Positions 29,455 to 38,617 of a stretch of DNA of 64,000 nucleotides are shown one piece after another (position 1 is the stretch's first letter; every line of letters begins with the position of its first letter). The stretch comes from Candidatus Obscuribacterales bacterium. Lineage in GTDB: Bacteria > Cyanobacteriota > Vampirovibrionia > Obscuribacterales > Obscuribacteraceae. Under the pieces are notes generated by a model that saw nothing but the letters and a program-made list of their open reading frames with translations, was not told the origin of the DNA and did no database searches. The stretch is from contig CBDDIJ010000002.1 of NCBI GenBank assembly GCA_965228855.1, forward strand, positions 160,001 through 224,000, written 5' to 3'. Both the position numbers and the translations under genes were made by a program.

Positions 29455-31398
29455 ATGCAACACCTGAATAAGTTCGATTGGGCTCTGGGTAAGCGCGTTT
29501 TCGCGATGACCAAGCCTTACTGGACTGCCTCGGGGCCCAATCAGAAGTGGCTCCTCGGCGGCTTCCTCGCTTTCCTCCTCACCTGTGCGTGGGGTCTGTA
29601 TATCGCCTTCAGCGTCGCCACCGCTGTTCCCGTCGCCGAGCTCTGGCCGTCGGGCATCGTCAGCATGTTCCCGGCCTCCTGGGTGGACACGCACAAGTTC
29701 GTATTCGCAGGATGGGCCACCATCGCGTCGCTCGCCCTGCCGTCTGCGTACCTGTGGTTCACCCGCAAGGTGATGAACCGGGGCTGGCGCCTGCTCGGTC
29801 TGCTGATCGCGCTGCTGCTCGCCGTCAACGGGCTCAACGTCCTGTTGTCGTTCCTCAACCGCGACATGATCAACGCCCTGCAGGTGAAGGAAGTCAATGC
29901 CTTCTGGCAGTCCATCACCATCCTGGCGTCGGTCTTCATCATCGGTATTCCGATCGTCGTCTGCTACCGCTGGGTCCGCGACCTCCTCGGCAACGCCTGG
30001 AGAGAGTGGTTCACGGAAGAGATCATGGGCCTCTACTTCGCGAAGCGGAAGTTCTACAAGATCTCGCAGATGGGCACGGTCGAGAACCCTGACCAGCGTA
30101 TCTCGGAAGACGTGAAGCTCTTCACGCAGGGCGCGCTGCGCTTCATGCTCATCGTGCTCGACTCGGTCATCACCGTGCTGTCGTTCGCGACTGTGCTGTG
30201 GAGCATCTCGCACCTGCTGTCGGCGACCGTCATCATCTACGCGATCGTCGGTACCGTGGTCACCGTGCTGTTCGGCAAGCGCCTGATCGGCATCAACTAT
30301 CGCCAGGAAGAGTTCGAAGCGAACTTCCGTTACCAGGCGGTCCACGTCCGCAACAACGCAGAAGCCATCGCCTTCTACCAGGGCGAAGCCATGGAGAAGC
30401 AGAGCATCCTCTCGCGCTTCTCCGAGGCGATCAAGAACTACAACTTCCTGATCCGCTGGCAGCGGAACCTGGCGTTCTTCACGCAGGGCTACGACTACCT
30501 CGTGGTCGTCCTGCCCATCCTCGTGCTGGCGCCGCTGTACTTCATGGAGAACAGCACGGTCAACTTCGGTCAGATCATGCAGGCGAACTCGGCGTTCGGC
30601 CAGATTCTGTCCGCGCTGAGCCTGTTCGTCGCCGAATTCGCGACGCTCTCGCTGTTCGCCGCCAACGTCAATCGTCTGGGCGACTTCATGGACGAGCTGC
30701 ACAAGCCCGATGAGCCGAACACCGCGGAACATCCGCGTATGTCGGTCGCCCGCGGCGCCAACATCTCGCTGAAGAACGTCACGATGATGACGCCGGACTT
30801 CGCCCGCACCCTGGTCACCGGCGTCAACGTCGATGTCCAGCCCGGCGAAAGCCTGCTGTTCGTCGGTCCCTCGGGGTCCGGCAAGAGCTCGCTGCTGCGC
30901 GTCATCGGCGGTCTGTGGGATGCCGGCACCGGCCAGGTGACGGCGCCTGACTCGAAGGAGATGTTCTTCCTGCCGCAGCTGCCGTACCTGCCGCTCGGGT
31001 CGCTGCGTCTGCAGCTCACCTACCCGAATGCGAACAGCAAGGCCACCGACGCCGAGCTGGCTGCGGTGCTCAAGACCGTCAACCTCGATGGTCTGATCGA
31101 GAAGTTCGCCAAGGACGGCGGGCTGGACGCGGTCAAGCACTGGTCCGACGTCCTGTCGCCCGGTGAGCGTCAGCGTCTGGCGTTCGCTCGCCTGCTCCTC
31201 AACAAGCCGAAGTACGCGATTCTCGACGAAGCGTCGAGCGCGCTGGACCCGGCCAACGAAGAGCTGCTGTACACCATCCTCAAGCAGAGCGGCACGACCT
31301 TCCTCTCGGTCGGTCACCGCGAGAGCCTGCGCGCCTACCACAGCAAGGTGCTCGAGCTCGACGGCAAGGGCGGCTGGCGCATCGTCAAGGGCAGCTAA
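29455..31398 (+). CDS. Fused ABC transporter permease/ATPase, YddA/BacA-like (ABCD subfamily)
   Basis: NPDQRISED, EANFRY, EAIAFY, Walker A GPSGSGKS, LSPGERQR, ILDEASSALD and SVGHR. Confidence 0.93.
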   Translation: MQHLNKFDWALGKRVFAMTKPYWTASGPNQKWLLGGFLAFLLTCAWGLYIAFSVATAVPVAELWPSGIVSMFPASWVDTHKFVFAGWATIASLALPSAYLWFTRKVMNRGWRLLGLLIALLLAVNGLNVLLSFLNRDMINALQVKEVNAFWQSITILASVFIIGIPIVVCYRWVRDLLGNAWREWFTEEIMGLYFAKRKFYKISQMGTVENPDQRISEDVKLFTQGALRFMLIVLDSVITVLSFATVLWSISHLLSATVIIYAIVGTVVTVLFGKRLIGINYRQEEFEANFRYQAVHVRNNAEAIAFYQGEAMEKQSILSRFSEAIKNYNFLIRWQRNLAFFTQGYDYLVVVLPILVLAPLYFMENSTVNFGQIMQANSAFGQILSALSLFVAEFATLSLFAANVNRLGDFMDELHKPDEPNTAEHPRMSVARGANISLKNVTMMTPDFARTLVTGVNVDVQPGESLLFVGPSGSGKSSLLRVIGGLWDAGTGQVTAPDSKEMFFLPQLPYLPLGSLRLQLTYPNANSKATDAELAAVLKTVNLDGLIEKFAKDGGLDAVKHWSDVLSPGERQRLAFARLLLNKPKYAILDEASSALDPANEELLYTILKQSGTTFLSVGHRESLRAYHSKVLELDGKGGWRIVKGS

Positions 31399-31633
31399 CC
31401 AGCTACTCAGGACGGCGCAAACCGAAACCAGCCGAAGTCGGATACGAAGGTGTCGTGCCACCACAAGTGGTGCGACACCTTCCCGGCGGGGCGGATGGGA
31501 AGCAGCTTTCAACAGCTGTTCTTTCCCATCTCGCCTTTCAAACTCCGTCTACTATATAGCCTCGTATTCACTCAAGCCCGCATCCCGCTGGCGGCAAGCC
31601 TCTTGTGCCCTCATCCGGACGCCTCAAATTTTC

Positions 31634-31685
31634 TGTCTACGCCACATTGCCGGATTTCGTCAAATCCGTCATAGCCACGTAGCCA
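31634..31685. repeat. 52-bp four-box element, copy R3
   Basis: TGTCTA cgccaca TTGCCG gatttcgtcaaatc CGTCAT agccacg TAGCCA. Confidence 0.9.
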
Positions 31686-32345
31686 AACCTCACAAAATCA
31701 ATACGGTTCCGCTCCAAACACAAGAAGCTTATGAATGAGGTGTGAACTGATTCAACGACCGCGTAAAACGGTTTCAAACAAAAGAACTCGACAGCTTGTC
31801 GAAAGCATCCAAATTCCGCATAGTCAGCGGGATCAAGCGTACTCCGCACCCTGCGCGAGCTAGCGCTCTTGATGACCCCGCCCCGCATGGCCCGGGAATT
31901 TTGGGGGAATCGTGAACTATCTCTAAAGCATCCAACGCAGCAACTTTCCCGTTCCAAGTGCGCCAAAACCGCGCACCGCTTTTGGTATCAAGAATATGCA
32001 TGCTTTCAAAACGCTTGCCAAGTAGAAACATCGCAAACCCTCTCCCCGTCCCAAAGAAACACATCGAAACAGTACCCTTCACAAACCGCAACAACCATCA
32101 CACCTTGATCACATTTGGGCGCAGATGTATACCAATTCCGTTCAAACAGCAGCATTCACACGAAATCCAAGGCGACCCAACAAAAACAAAAACACTTACC
32201 AGCGCCAACACAACAAAAACACCACCAGCGACAAACGCTGAACCGTAGTGATGTGCTTTCGTCCGACCATGCGTCTTTCCTGATGCGTGACGGTTAACTG
32301 TGGAACGAAGAATCAAATCTAGAACAACGAAAGGATGATCTTCCA

Positions 32346-33401
32346 ATGACTCCCGAAAATCGCGCCGCTGAGATCTTCTACGATCTTCACCGACCCCTGT
32401 TCGAGAGCCTTCTCCTCACTGTCAGTAGCGATGAGCAGCGCTGGGCCCACCGCATCAAAACCTTCGAGTCCGCCGGGCTTCTCGACTTTCATACGGCTTC
32501 CACTCTGAAGCCCAAGCCCGTCATCGACCAGTACGTTGAAGATGAGAATGGTGAACGTATCTACGCCTTCCGCGAGAGCCAGCTCGACCAGCCCAAGTGG
32601 AAGCGCTCGTTCATCCGCAAGGTGAAGGCTCCTCGCCCGTCCAAGTGGACGCGTCACCGCCTCCAGCTTCACCGTGACCAGGTCCAAGACCCCAAGTATC
32701 GCGAAGACATCGCCAAGGTGCTCGCGTATAAGTGGGCAAACCATCTGGAGCCGGAAAACGTCGACGTCATGTACATGAAGCTCATGGACGTGGCGGCTCT
32801 CGAGCACATTCTCGACCGTTTCCCGAGCAATCAGATCAATACGGCGAACGTCAACGACTTCCTTCTGCGCCGCTTCGCCAATGAGCTTCTCGACAAGAAC
32901 GAGAAGTTCCAGGCTTTGATGGATCGCATGAAGGCCGAAATCGCTCCGATCAAAGAGCAGGTCTATGCCGAGATCCGGCAGATCACCGCTCGCATTCGGG
33001 CCGAATCCGACGCCGCTTTCGCCGCCATCATTGCCGAGTCTCAGCGTCGCGCAGACATCGCGATTGCGGAGATTCGCGCTCGGGCTGCCGCTCGGGCTGA
33101 GCAAGACGCGGCTTTCGCGGCTACGATGGTCCAGTCGGACGAAGACCCGGAGGTCGCGTTCCGTCGCACCGTCGATGCCAGCATCGCCCGTGAGAAGGAA
33201 GAGCGCAAGCGTCAGGCACGCCTCCGGCGCTCCACGCCTGGCGGCTTCACGCTCTGGCTGATGTCGCGTGCCGCTATGGTGGCAGTGCCGGTCGGTCTCG
33301 CCTTCTTCATGGAGTTCGGCGAGGGCGGAACGACGCTGGTCGAGTTCCTTACCGAGTGGTGGCATTCCTTCTATGGTCATGGGGAAGCCGAACCCGCTTG
33401 A
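32346..33401 (+). CDS. Hypothetical protein with coiled coil and C-terminal TM anchor
   Basis: 351-aa ORF with high GC3, Ala/Arg/Glu-rich helix and hydrophobic C-terminal segment; AAGGA RBS. Confidence 0.75.
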   Translation: MTPENRAAEIFYDLHRPLFESLLLTVSSDEQRWAHRIKTFESAGLLDFHTASTLKPKPVIDQYVEDENGERIYAFRESQLDQPKWKRSFIRKVKAPRPSKWTRHRLQLHRDQVQDPKYREDIAKVLAYKWANHLEPENVDVMYMKLMDVAALEHILDRFPSNQINTANVNDFLLRRFANELLDKNEKFQALMDRMKAEIAPIKEQVYAEIRQITARIRAESDAAFAAIIAESQRRADIAIAEIRARAAARAEQDAAFAATMVQSDEDPEVAFRRTVDASIAREKEERKRQARLRRSTPGGFTLWLMSRAAMVAVPVGLAFFMEFGEGGTTLVEFLTEWWHSFYGHGEAEPA

Positions 33402-33535
33402 GTAAGTAGATATAAGTAAAGCCCGGTCACAACGCAATGAGAAGCCGGCAAACGGTGTCAGAGCAGGTGCAAACCTGACCTGACACCCAACTATAGAAGG
33501 AGCACCATCTTCGCTCCTTCGAACTCAAACCCTAT

Positions 33536-33650
33536 CTACTAAATGCGATAGTCTGCACAACCGAGACAGCACAAGCATCGGCGGGAAAATGCCCCCTACT
33601 AAATGCGATAGTCTTCGTGATCGAGATACTGCAAGCATCGGCGCAAAATG
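33536..33650. repeat. 60-bp tandem duplication containing the CTACTA motif
   Basis: CTACTAAATGCGATAGTCT...CAAGCATCGGCG at 33536 and 33596. Confidence 0.85.
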
Positions 33651-33671
33651 AACCCTATTTTGACCCACCAT

Positions 33672-33723
33672 TGTCTACGGCTCGTTGCCGCTTTTCGGAA
33701 AATCCGGCATCGAGGGATAGACA
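33672..33723. repeat. 52-bp four-box element, copy R4
   Basis: TGTCTA cggctcg TTGCCG cttttcggaaaatc CGGCAT cgaggga TAGACA. Confidence 0.9.
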
Positions 33724-34053
33724 AACGGCTGTTTTGGGACCCTCTCGGAAGTTGGAGAAATCTCGAAATCCTCTATAGAAGAGCAGTTTCGGTGAAAGAT
33801 AGATACTGTCTTTTATAGTAGGCAAGATTTAAAAAAAATCCGAGCACGCGGCATACCGAAATTCCCGTTTGTTCAACAGGAAATTGGTATACCGCGTGCC
33901 GGACAGACTGACTCAAATGAATTATGTATGAGGCAGAAGCCAACCAGAATTCGAAGGCGGAATTCTGGTCGGCAGTTCCTGAGGTTTTCTCAGCGGTCAG
34001 TGGTCAAACTATTGCCTTCGTTTGAACCTTAACCGTCGCAGGCGCCGAGGCGC

Positions 34054-34296
34054 TTACTTCGTGGCCGGAGCCGCGGTGTCTTCCTCGCTCTCGCTGACGG
34101 ACAGGCCGACGGTGGCGGCGAGGCTCGTCTTGCGGGTCTTCGTGCCTTCCTTCACCGTCGTGGCGAGGGTGGAGGTCACGGTGACTTCGCGGTTGGAGGC
34201 GTCGCCGAGTTCGACCAGAGCCGCGTCATCGGCGGTCTTGCGGGCATCGGCGAGGCGGGCATCACGGGTGGCGTTCTTGGTGTTGGCGTTGGACAT
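34054..34296 (-). CDS. Small Thr/Ala-rich hypothetical protein
   Basis: AGGAG RBS; strong GC3 bias; 80 aa. Confidence 0.7.
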   Translation of the reverse strand: MSNANTKNATRDARLADARKTADDAALVELGDASNREVTVTSTLATTVKEGTKTRKTSLAATVGLSVSESEEDTAAPATK

Positions 34297-34980
34297 GGTC
34301 CAGTTCTCCTAGTGAGTGTTCAATTTGCGGTTTGAAACAGAACGATTCCGCACTCAATCAACAGATGACGAACGCAAAACCAACAGCCTGTGCCAGTTCA
34401 ACAAACCGATGAAGGTAGGTTGCTACAGTGGCGATAGTCGAAAAGTGACTTTGGCTGGGACTTGCGGACGAAACCTGATGAGAAAGTGAGGAAGAAAGGA
34501 ACGTCCTGAACGTAAAGGTTTCAATCCCTCTATGACAAGCGACCTGAAGACAAATTACCGGCGCGAGCAAAAGCGGCAACCACAGCCGCCGCAAGCGTTT
34601 CCAAGAGGAGGCTCTTTAAGTGACATACATTAATCCGACCAGTACTGATATAGCGCCACTAGCGCAACCTGCAATATCCCTAGACGGAGTTAATCTCCGC
34701 TCGCGCTAACTCTGGCGGCACTTTTCGGCGTTTTCTGTCACCCCGGTCGCAGAAATCGCAACCGGCCGACGCGAGTGGTTTCGTTCAGTTTGAACATAAG
34801 ATTAACTGCGCGAGATTGAGTGCCAGGTCGTCCAACTCATAGGCTTAAACAGCTAATTTGCTTCAACTGTTCAAGAACTCACAAGAAATAAACACCTTCC
34901 GCTGTCACTGAGTTCTCATTTTTAACCACCTCCTTCCTTCCCAATCGGGGAGGACCAGGCTAATTCGCCCAGGAAAAGCC

Positions 34981-37041
34981 ATGTCTAGAAACACCCAGCG
35001 CCGCCCAGTGCGTCGCGCCAAATATGCCTTTTCGATGGTGAAACGCTGGCTGCCGATGCCCGATGGCACGAAGCTCGCCGCCACCATCTACCTGCCCACC
35101 GCCCACAAGGAGGGTGAGCGTTTTCCTGTACTCCTCGAACTCCTGCCCTACCGGAAAGACGACACGTTCTTCCTGATGGACTACCCGACCTATTCGTACT
35201 TCGCCAGACACGGCTACATGACCGTGAAGGTGGACATTCGAGGCACGGGTGCATCGCAAGGCGTGACGCCGCCCCGCGAATACTCGGACATCGAGCTCGA
35301 CGACGCCGTCGAAATCATTCGGCAGCTCGCCGACATGCCCGAAGCCAACGGCAACGTCGCGATGTGGGGCATCTCCTGGAGCGGTTTCAACTCCATTCAG
35401 GTTGCGATGCGTCGACCGCCTCAACTGAAGGCGATCATCGCGATGCACGCATCCGACGACCTGTACCACGACGACATCCACTACGTGGACGGTGTGCTGC
35501 ACCTCGACCCGTACCACCTGTTCATCAACCACGAACTCGGTCTGCCGCGCACCCCGCACTACAAGCTCGATGAGGACTACTTCCTCAACCGCTTCGACCA
35601 GACGCCCTGGCTGCTCACTTACCTGTCACAGCAGGAGGACGGCGACTTCTGGCGTCGCAAGTCGTTGCGCTTCCAGGGCTACGACAAAATCAACATCCCG
35701 GTTTATCTGATCGGCGGTCTCAACGACGGCTACCGGGACACGGTGATTCGCATGCTGGAAAACCTTTCCGGTCCTGTGCGCGCGGAAATCGGTCCCTGGG
35801 GTCATTCGTCGCCCGACGACGGCGTTCCCGGTCCGAACTTCGAATGGCAGGATGAAGCCATGGAATGGCTTTCGCCGTGGCTCGCGCCTGAGCGGTCCAT
35901 CGCTGAAGCCAGAAATCGCGGTTCGTCGAGGTCTGCGAACAAGCGCAGGCTGATGACTTTCGTGCGCGACGGTCATGAACCGGATCTCGACCAGACCGTT
36001 TCGCCCGGCACCTGGCGCGTGTTTGATTGGCCGGCAGCTGGTTCCAGCAAGCTGAAACTGTTTCTCGCCCCAGGCGGGAAGCTGGTCAATCGCTTCTTGA
36101 ACCATCAGGGACGAAACAGACTCGCATCCATCGACACCCATACCGCCACCGCCAGCAGTGGCACCGCCGCTGGTTGGTGGTGGGGCGAAACGACAGCGGA
36201 CATGCGCAACGACGACAGCGAATCACTCGTCTACGACAAGCTCGTGGATAAACCGATTCAAATCGTCGGTCTCCCGGAAGTGGGTCTGCGCGTTTCCAGT
36301 AAGAACGTCCGCGCCAACTGGTCGCTGCGTTTGGAAGATGTTTCGCCCACGGGAAAGGTGACGCTGGTGACAGGCGCACTGATCAACGGAGCGCATCTTA
36401 TCGAGCGACTTGGCGCGAGCGAACTCGAGCCGGGTAAAGTCTACGACCTGAGTACGAAGCTCCACTTCACCACGTGGACGTTCCAGAAGGGACATCGAAT
36501 CCGTCTGGCAGTTTCCAACGCTCAGTTCCCCATGGCGTGGCCGTCGGCAGACGTGGTTGAAACCTCCGTTCACACCGGGGGCGCAGCATCGACACTGACA
36601 CTACCGACGGTGCCCTTCGGTAGTGGTTCGCAACCCACGCTGCCGCGCGTGGCGCGCAAACGCTACAGCCCGTATGGAGAGGATGTGTGGTTGGAAGATG
36701 GAAAACCTGACAGTAAACGAGAGGTGATCCGTCGCGCAGACGGCAGCCTCTCTTTCTGCCTGGCAAGCCGTTCTGTCTATGATATTAAACGCCGTCGCTT
36801 CATTGTCGAAGGCAGCAACATCTGGACGACCAACGACAAAACTCCTGCAAAGTCGATGTACGAGGGCGAGATGCAAACCAGCATCATCACGGCTGCCCGC
36901 AAAATCGTGCTTAAGACGAACATAAAAGTAGAGTCGGACGAGAAAAACTTCACCGTCACAGTCACCCGCGAACTGCGCTGCAACGCCCGCAAAGTCCGCG
37001 CAAAAACCTGGACAAAAACAATCCCCCGCCGCCTCCACTAG
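34981..37041 (+). CDS. CocE/NonD family hydrolase (peptidase S15)
   Basis: MPDGTKLAA, PYRK, DIRGTGASQG, nucleophile GISWSG and IGPWGH; PepX-like C-domain (GHRIRLAVS..FP). Confidence 0.92.
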   Translation: MSRNTQRRPVRRAKYAFSMVKRWLPMPDGTKLAATIYLPTAHKEGERFPVLLELLPYRKDDTFFLMDYPTYSYFARHGYMTVKVDIRGTGASQGVTPPREYSDIELDDAVEIIRQLADMPEANGNVAMWGISWSGFNSIQVAMRRPPQLKAIIAMHASDDLYHDDIHYVDGVLHLDPYHLFINHELGLPRTPHYKLDEDYFLNRFDQTPWLLTYLSQQEDGDFWRRKSLRFQGYDKINIPVYLIGGLNDGYRDTVIRMLENLSGPVRAEIGPWGHSSPDDGVPGPNFEWQDEAMEWLSPWLAPERSIAEARNRGSSRSANKRRLMTFVRDGHEPDLDQTVSPGTWRVFDWPAAGSSKLKLFLAPGGKLVNRFLNHQGRNRLASIDTHTATASSGTAAGWWWGETTADMRNDDSESLVYDKLVDKPIQIVGLPEVGLRVSSKNVRANWSLRLEDVSPTGKVTLVTGALINGAHLIERLGASELEPGKVYDLSTKLHFTTWTFQKGHRIRLAVSNAQFPMAWPSADVVETSVHTGGAASTLTLPTVPFGSGSQPTLPRVARKRYSPYGEDVWLEDGKPDSKREVIRRADGSLSFCLASRSVYDIKRRRFIVEGSNIWTTNDKTPAKSMYEGEMQTSIITAARKIVLKTNIKVESDEKNFTVTVTRELRCNARKVRAKTWTKTIPRRLH

Positions 37042-37220
37042 CTTCCCGCCAGTCGGTCCCTCCCCGGGACCCTCTGGTCTCCCGAATTTGCCTACTATAT
37101 GTTTACGTATCTCCGTAAGCCCGAGAATCGTTACGGTGTCGGTGTTCAGAGTCCTTCAAAACTTAAAAGAACACGAAAATTCCCAGACTTGGCTACGTGG
37201 CTATGAGATAGTGTGTTCGC

Positions 37221-37226
37221 TGTCAA
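37221..37226 (-). promoter_or_regulatory. -35 box (TTGACA) of the circle-junction promoter; partner -10 TACGTT at 38468-38463
   Basis: Joining the IS ends gives TTGACA-gcgaacacactatcttg(17 bp)-TACGTT pointing into the bridge RNA. Confidence 0.8.
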
Positions 37227-38188
37227 CAATGAACGCTTAGATGATTGGGATTAAATGGTGTCTTTGTCCTGTAGATCGCCATCATGATGCGAAGTAGCTT
37301 GCGCATGGCGGCGCACAAGATGACTTTCCTTGGTTTGCACTTCTCTGCCAACTTTGTCGCGAATTTTTGAATGGCAGGGTTTGATCGAACTGCGCTCAGA
37401 GACGCCATGTAGAAAACTTTCCGGAGGCGCTTGCAGCCTTTCTTAGACATCTTCGGACGCCCTCGAACAGAAGTTCCAGACTCGCGCAATTCCGGAGTCA
37501 AGCCGCAGTAGCTCTCGACTTCTCTCAACGACTCGAAGGAATCCAAGCCGGAAATTTCCGTGAGAAACGTGAGTGCCGAGATCAAACCGACTCCAGGGAT
37601 GGTTTGCAGTAAGGCGAGATCGTTCTGAAATTGCGGTTCGGACTTGATCAAGAGGTCTCGAGCCTGTTCCAGCAGCAAAATCTCATTGTTGATGAATTCG
37701 ATTTGCCGCTGAAGCGAGATACTCACAGGTTCGTCGAGCCGACCGGACTCGGTACGATTCACGGTTCTGGTTCGGTCGGTTTTGAGCGCATCAATGTGAC
37801 GCTCAATGTTGCGAATCTTCCGGACCACGTCCGGGAGGGGCGTCCAGGTCTTCGGTTGAATCAGTTTGCAAAACTGTGCGATTACCTCGGCATCAATTGC
37901 GTCCGTCTTTGAACGCTTCAACAGGCTTTTGCCAAAGTTTTTGATCTGAACAGGATTGACGACGCTGACGGCAAAACCTTTGTCGCAGAAGTATTCTGCG
38001 AGTGGCTCCCAGAGCTTTCCAGTGGCCTCCATGCAAATTTGTACTTCGCTTTCGGTGTGCTGATTCAGCCACTTCTCAATTCGCCGAAATCCGCTGTCAG
38101 AGTTGTCAGCGTGCAACTTCCGCCCTCGTTCCGAGAGCAGATAGCAATCCACAGTCTCTTTAGAGATGTCTATCCCAAGTGATATCAC
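37223..38188 (-). CDS. IS110 family recombinase/transposase (DEDD RuvC-like + Tnp domain)
   Basis: GIDISK, CMEATG and SKTDAIDA (DEDD); TIPGVG; catalytic-Ser motif RESGTSV; SKKG..RLRK and AAMRKL. GGAGG RBS before GTG. Confidence 0.96.
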   Translation of the reverse strand: MISLGIDISKETVDCYLLSERGRKLHADNSDSGFRRIEKWLNQHTESEVQICMEATGKLWEPLAEYFCDKGFAVSVVNPVQIKNFGKSLLKRSKTDAIDAEVIAQFCKLIQPKTWTPLPDVVRKIRNIERHIDALKTDRTRTVNRTESGRLDEPVSISLQRQIEFINNEILLLEQARDLLIKSEPQFQNDLALLQTIPGVGLISALTFLTEISGLDSFESLREVESYCGLTPELRESGTSVRGRPKMSKKGCKRLRKVFYMASLSAVRSNPAIQKFATKLAEKCKPRKVILCAAMRKLLRIMMAIYRTKTPFNPNHLSVHC

Positions 38189-38214
38189 GATGCGCCTCCA
38201 TTTAGACTTGCCAA

Positions 38215-38456
38215 CCTACACAGGACGCGGATAGAATCTTGTCAGGGCGAGCCTTGTACGCATGCTAAATCGTTCTAGGATTTGCATCTGATAGTGTTCA
38301 GCCTCAGAGGACAAGACAGAAACGGAAGTCCAAACCTCATAGCCTGACTTCGCGGTCATACGCATTTTCCTGGTTTCTTCCGTTTCTCTATCCTCGCGTC
38401 CTCGGATAGCCTTGCCGACAGCAGGACCTGGTGTCAATTGATTGGGTCTGCTGTCA
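38215..38456 (-). ncRNA. Bridge RNA of the IS110 element (ends approximate)
   Basis: 5' hairpin. Target loop inside stem AGAAACGGAAG/CTTCCGTTTCT with guides AAAATGCGT (38368-38360) and GGCTATGA (38344-38337). Donor loop inside stem TCTTGTC/GACAAGA with guides ACACTATC (38297-38290) and CGTACAAG (38260-38253). Confidence 0.88.
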
Positions 38457-38617
38457 ATCTCTAACGTACAACGCAATTTCGAAATTCCGTCATCGAGGGA
38501 TAGCCAAGAACCCACCTCTCGGATCGAATCCGTCTATCAGGTTCCGGCTTCGCGAAATTCCATAATGGCGAAGACTCTGACCAAGTTCAATTGCTACGCA
38601 ACATCCAACCCGCGATC

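Larger units (their letters stand above)
37206..38470 (-). mobile_element. Complete IS110-family (IS621-like) insertion sequence, 1265 bp
   Basis: Ends defined by restoring the interrupted 52-bp repeat. Rejoined donor junction ACACTAT-CT-TGTAC resembles the IS621 donor ACAGTAT-CT-TGTAT. Long left non-coding end, short right end, no TIRs. Confidence 0.92.
37190..38506. repeat. 52-bp four-box element, copy R5, split by the IS110 insertion (37190-37205 + 38471-38506)
   Basis: Rejoined sequence TGGCTA cgtggct ATGACG caatttcgaaattc CGTCAT cgaggga TAGCCA is exactly 52 bp. Confidence 0.9.

Noticed and set aside
31774..32346. Short minus-strand hydrophobic ORFs
   Set aside because: No RBS or recognisable family; could be a decayed gene but this cannot be supported.
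38216..38515. 99-aa ORF upstream of the transposase
   Set aside because: It crosses the IS boundary and overlaps the structured bridge RNA; no coding features.
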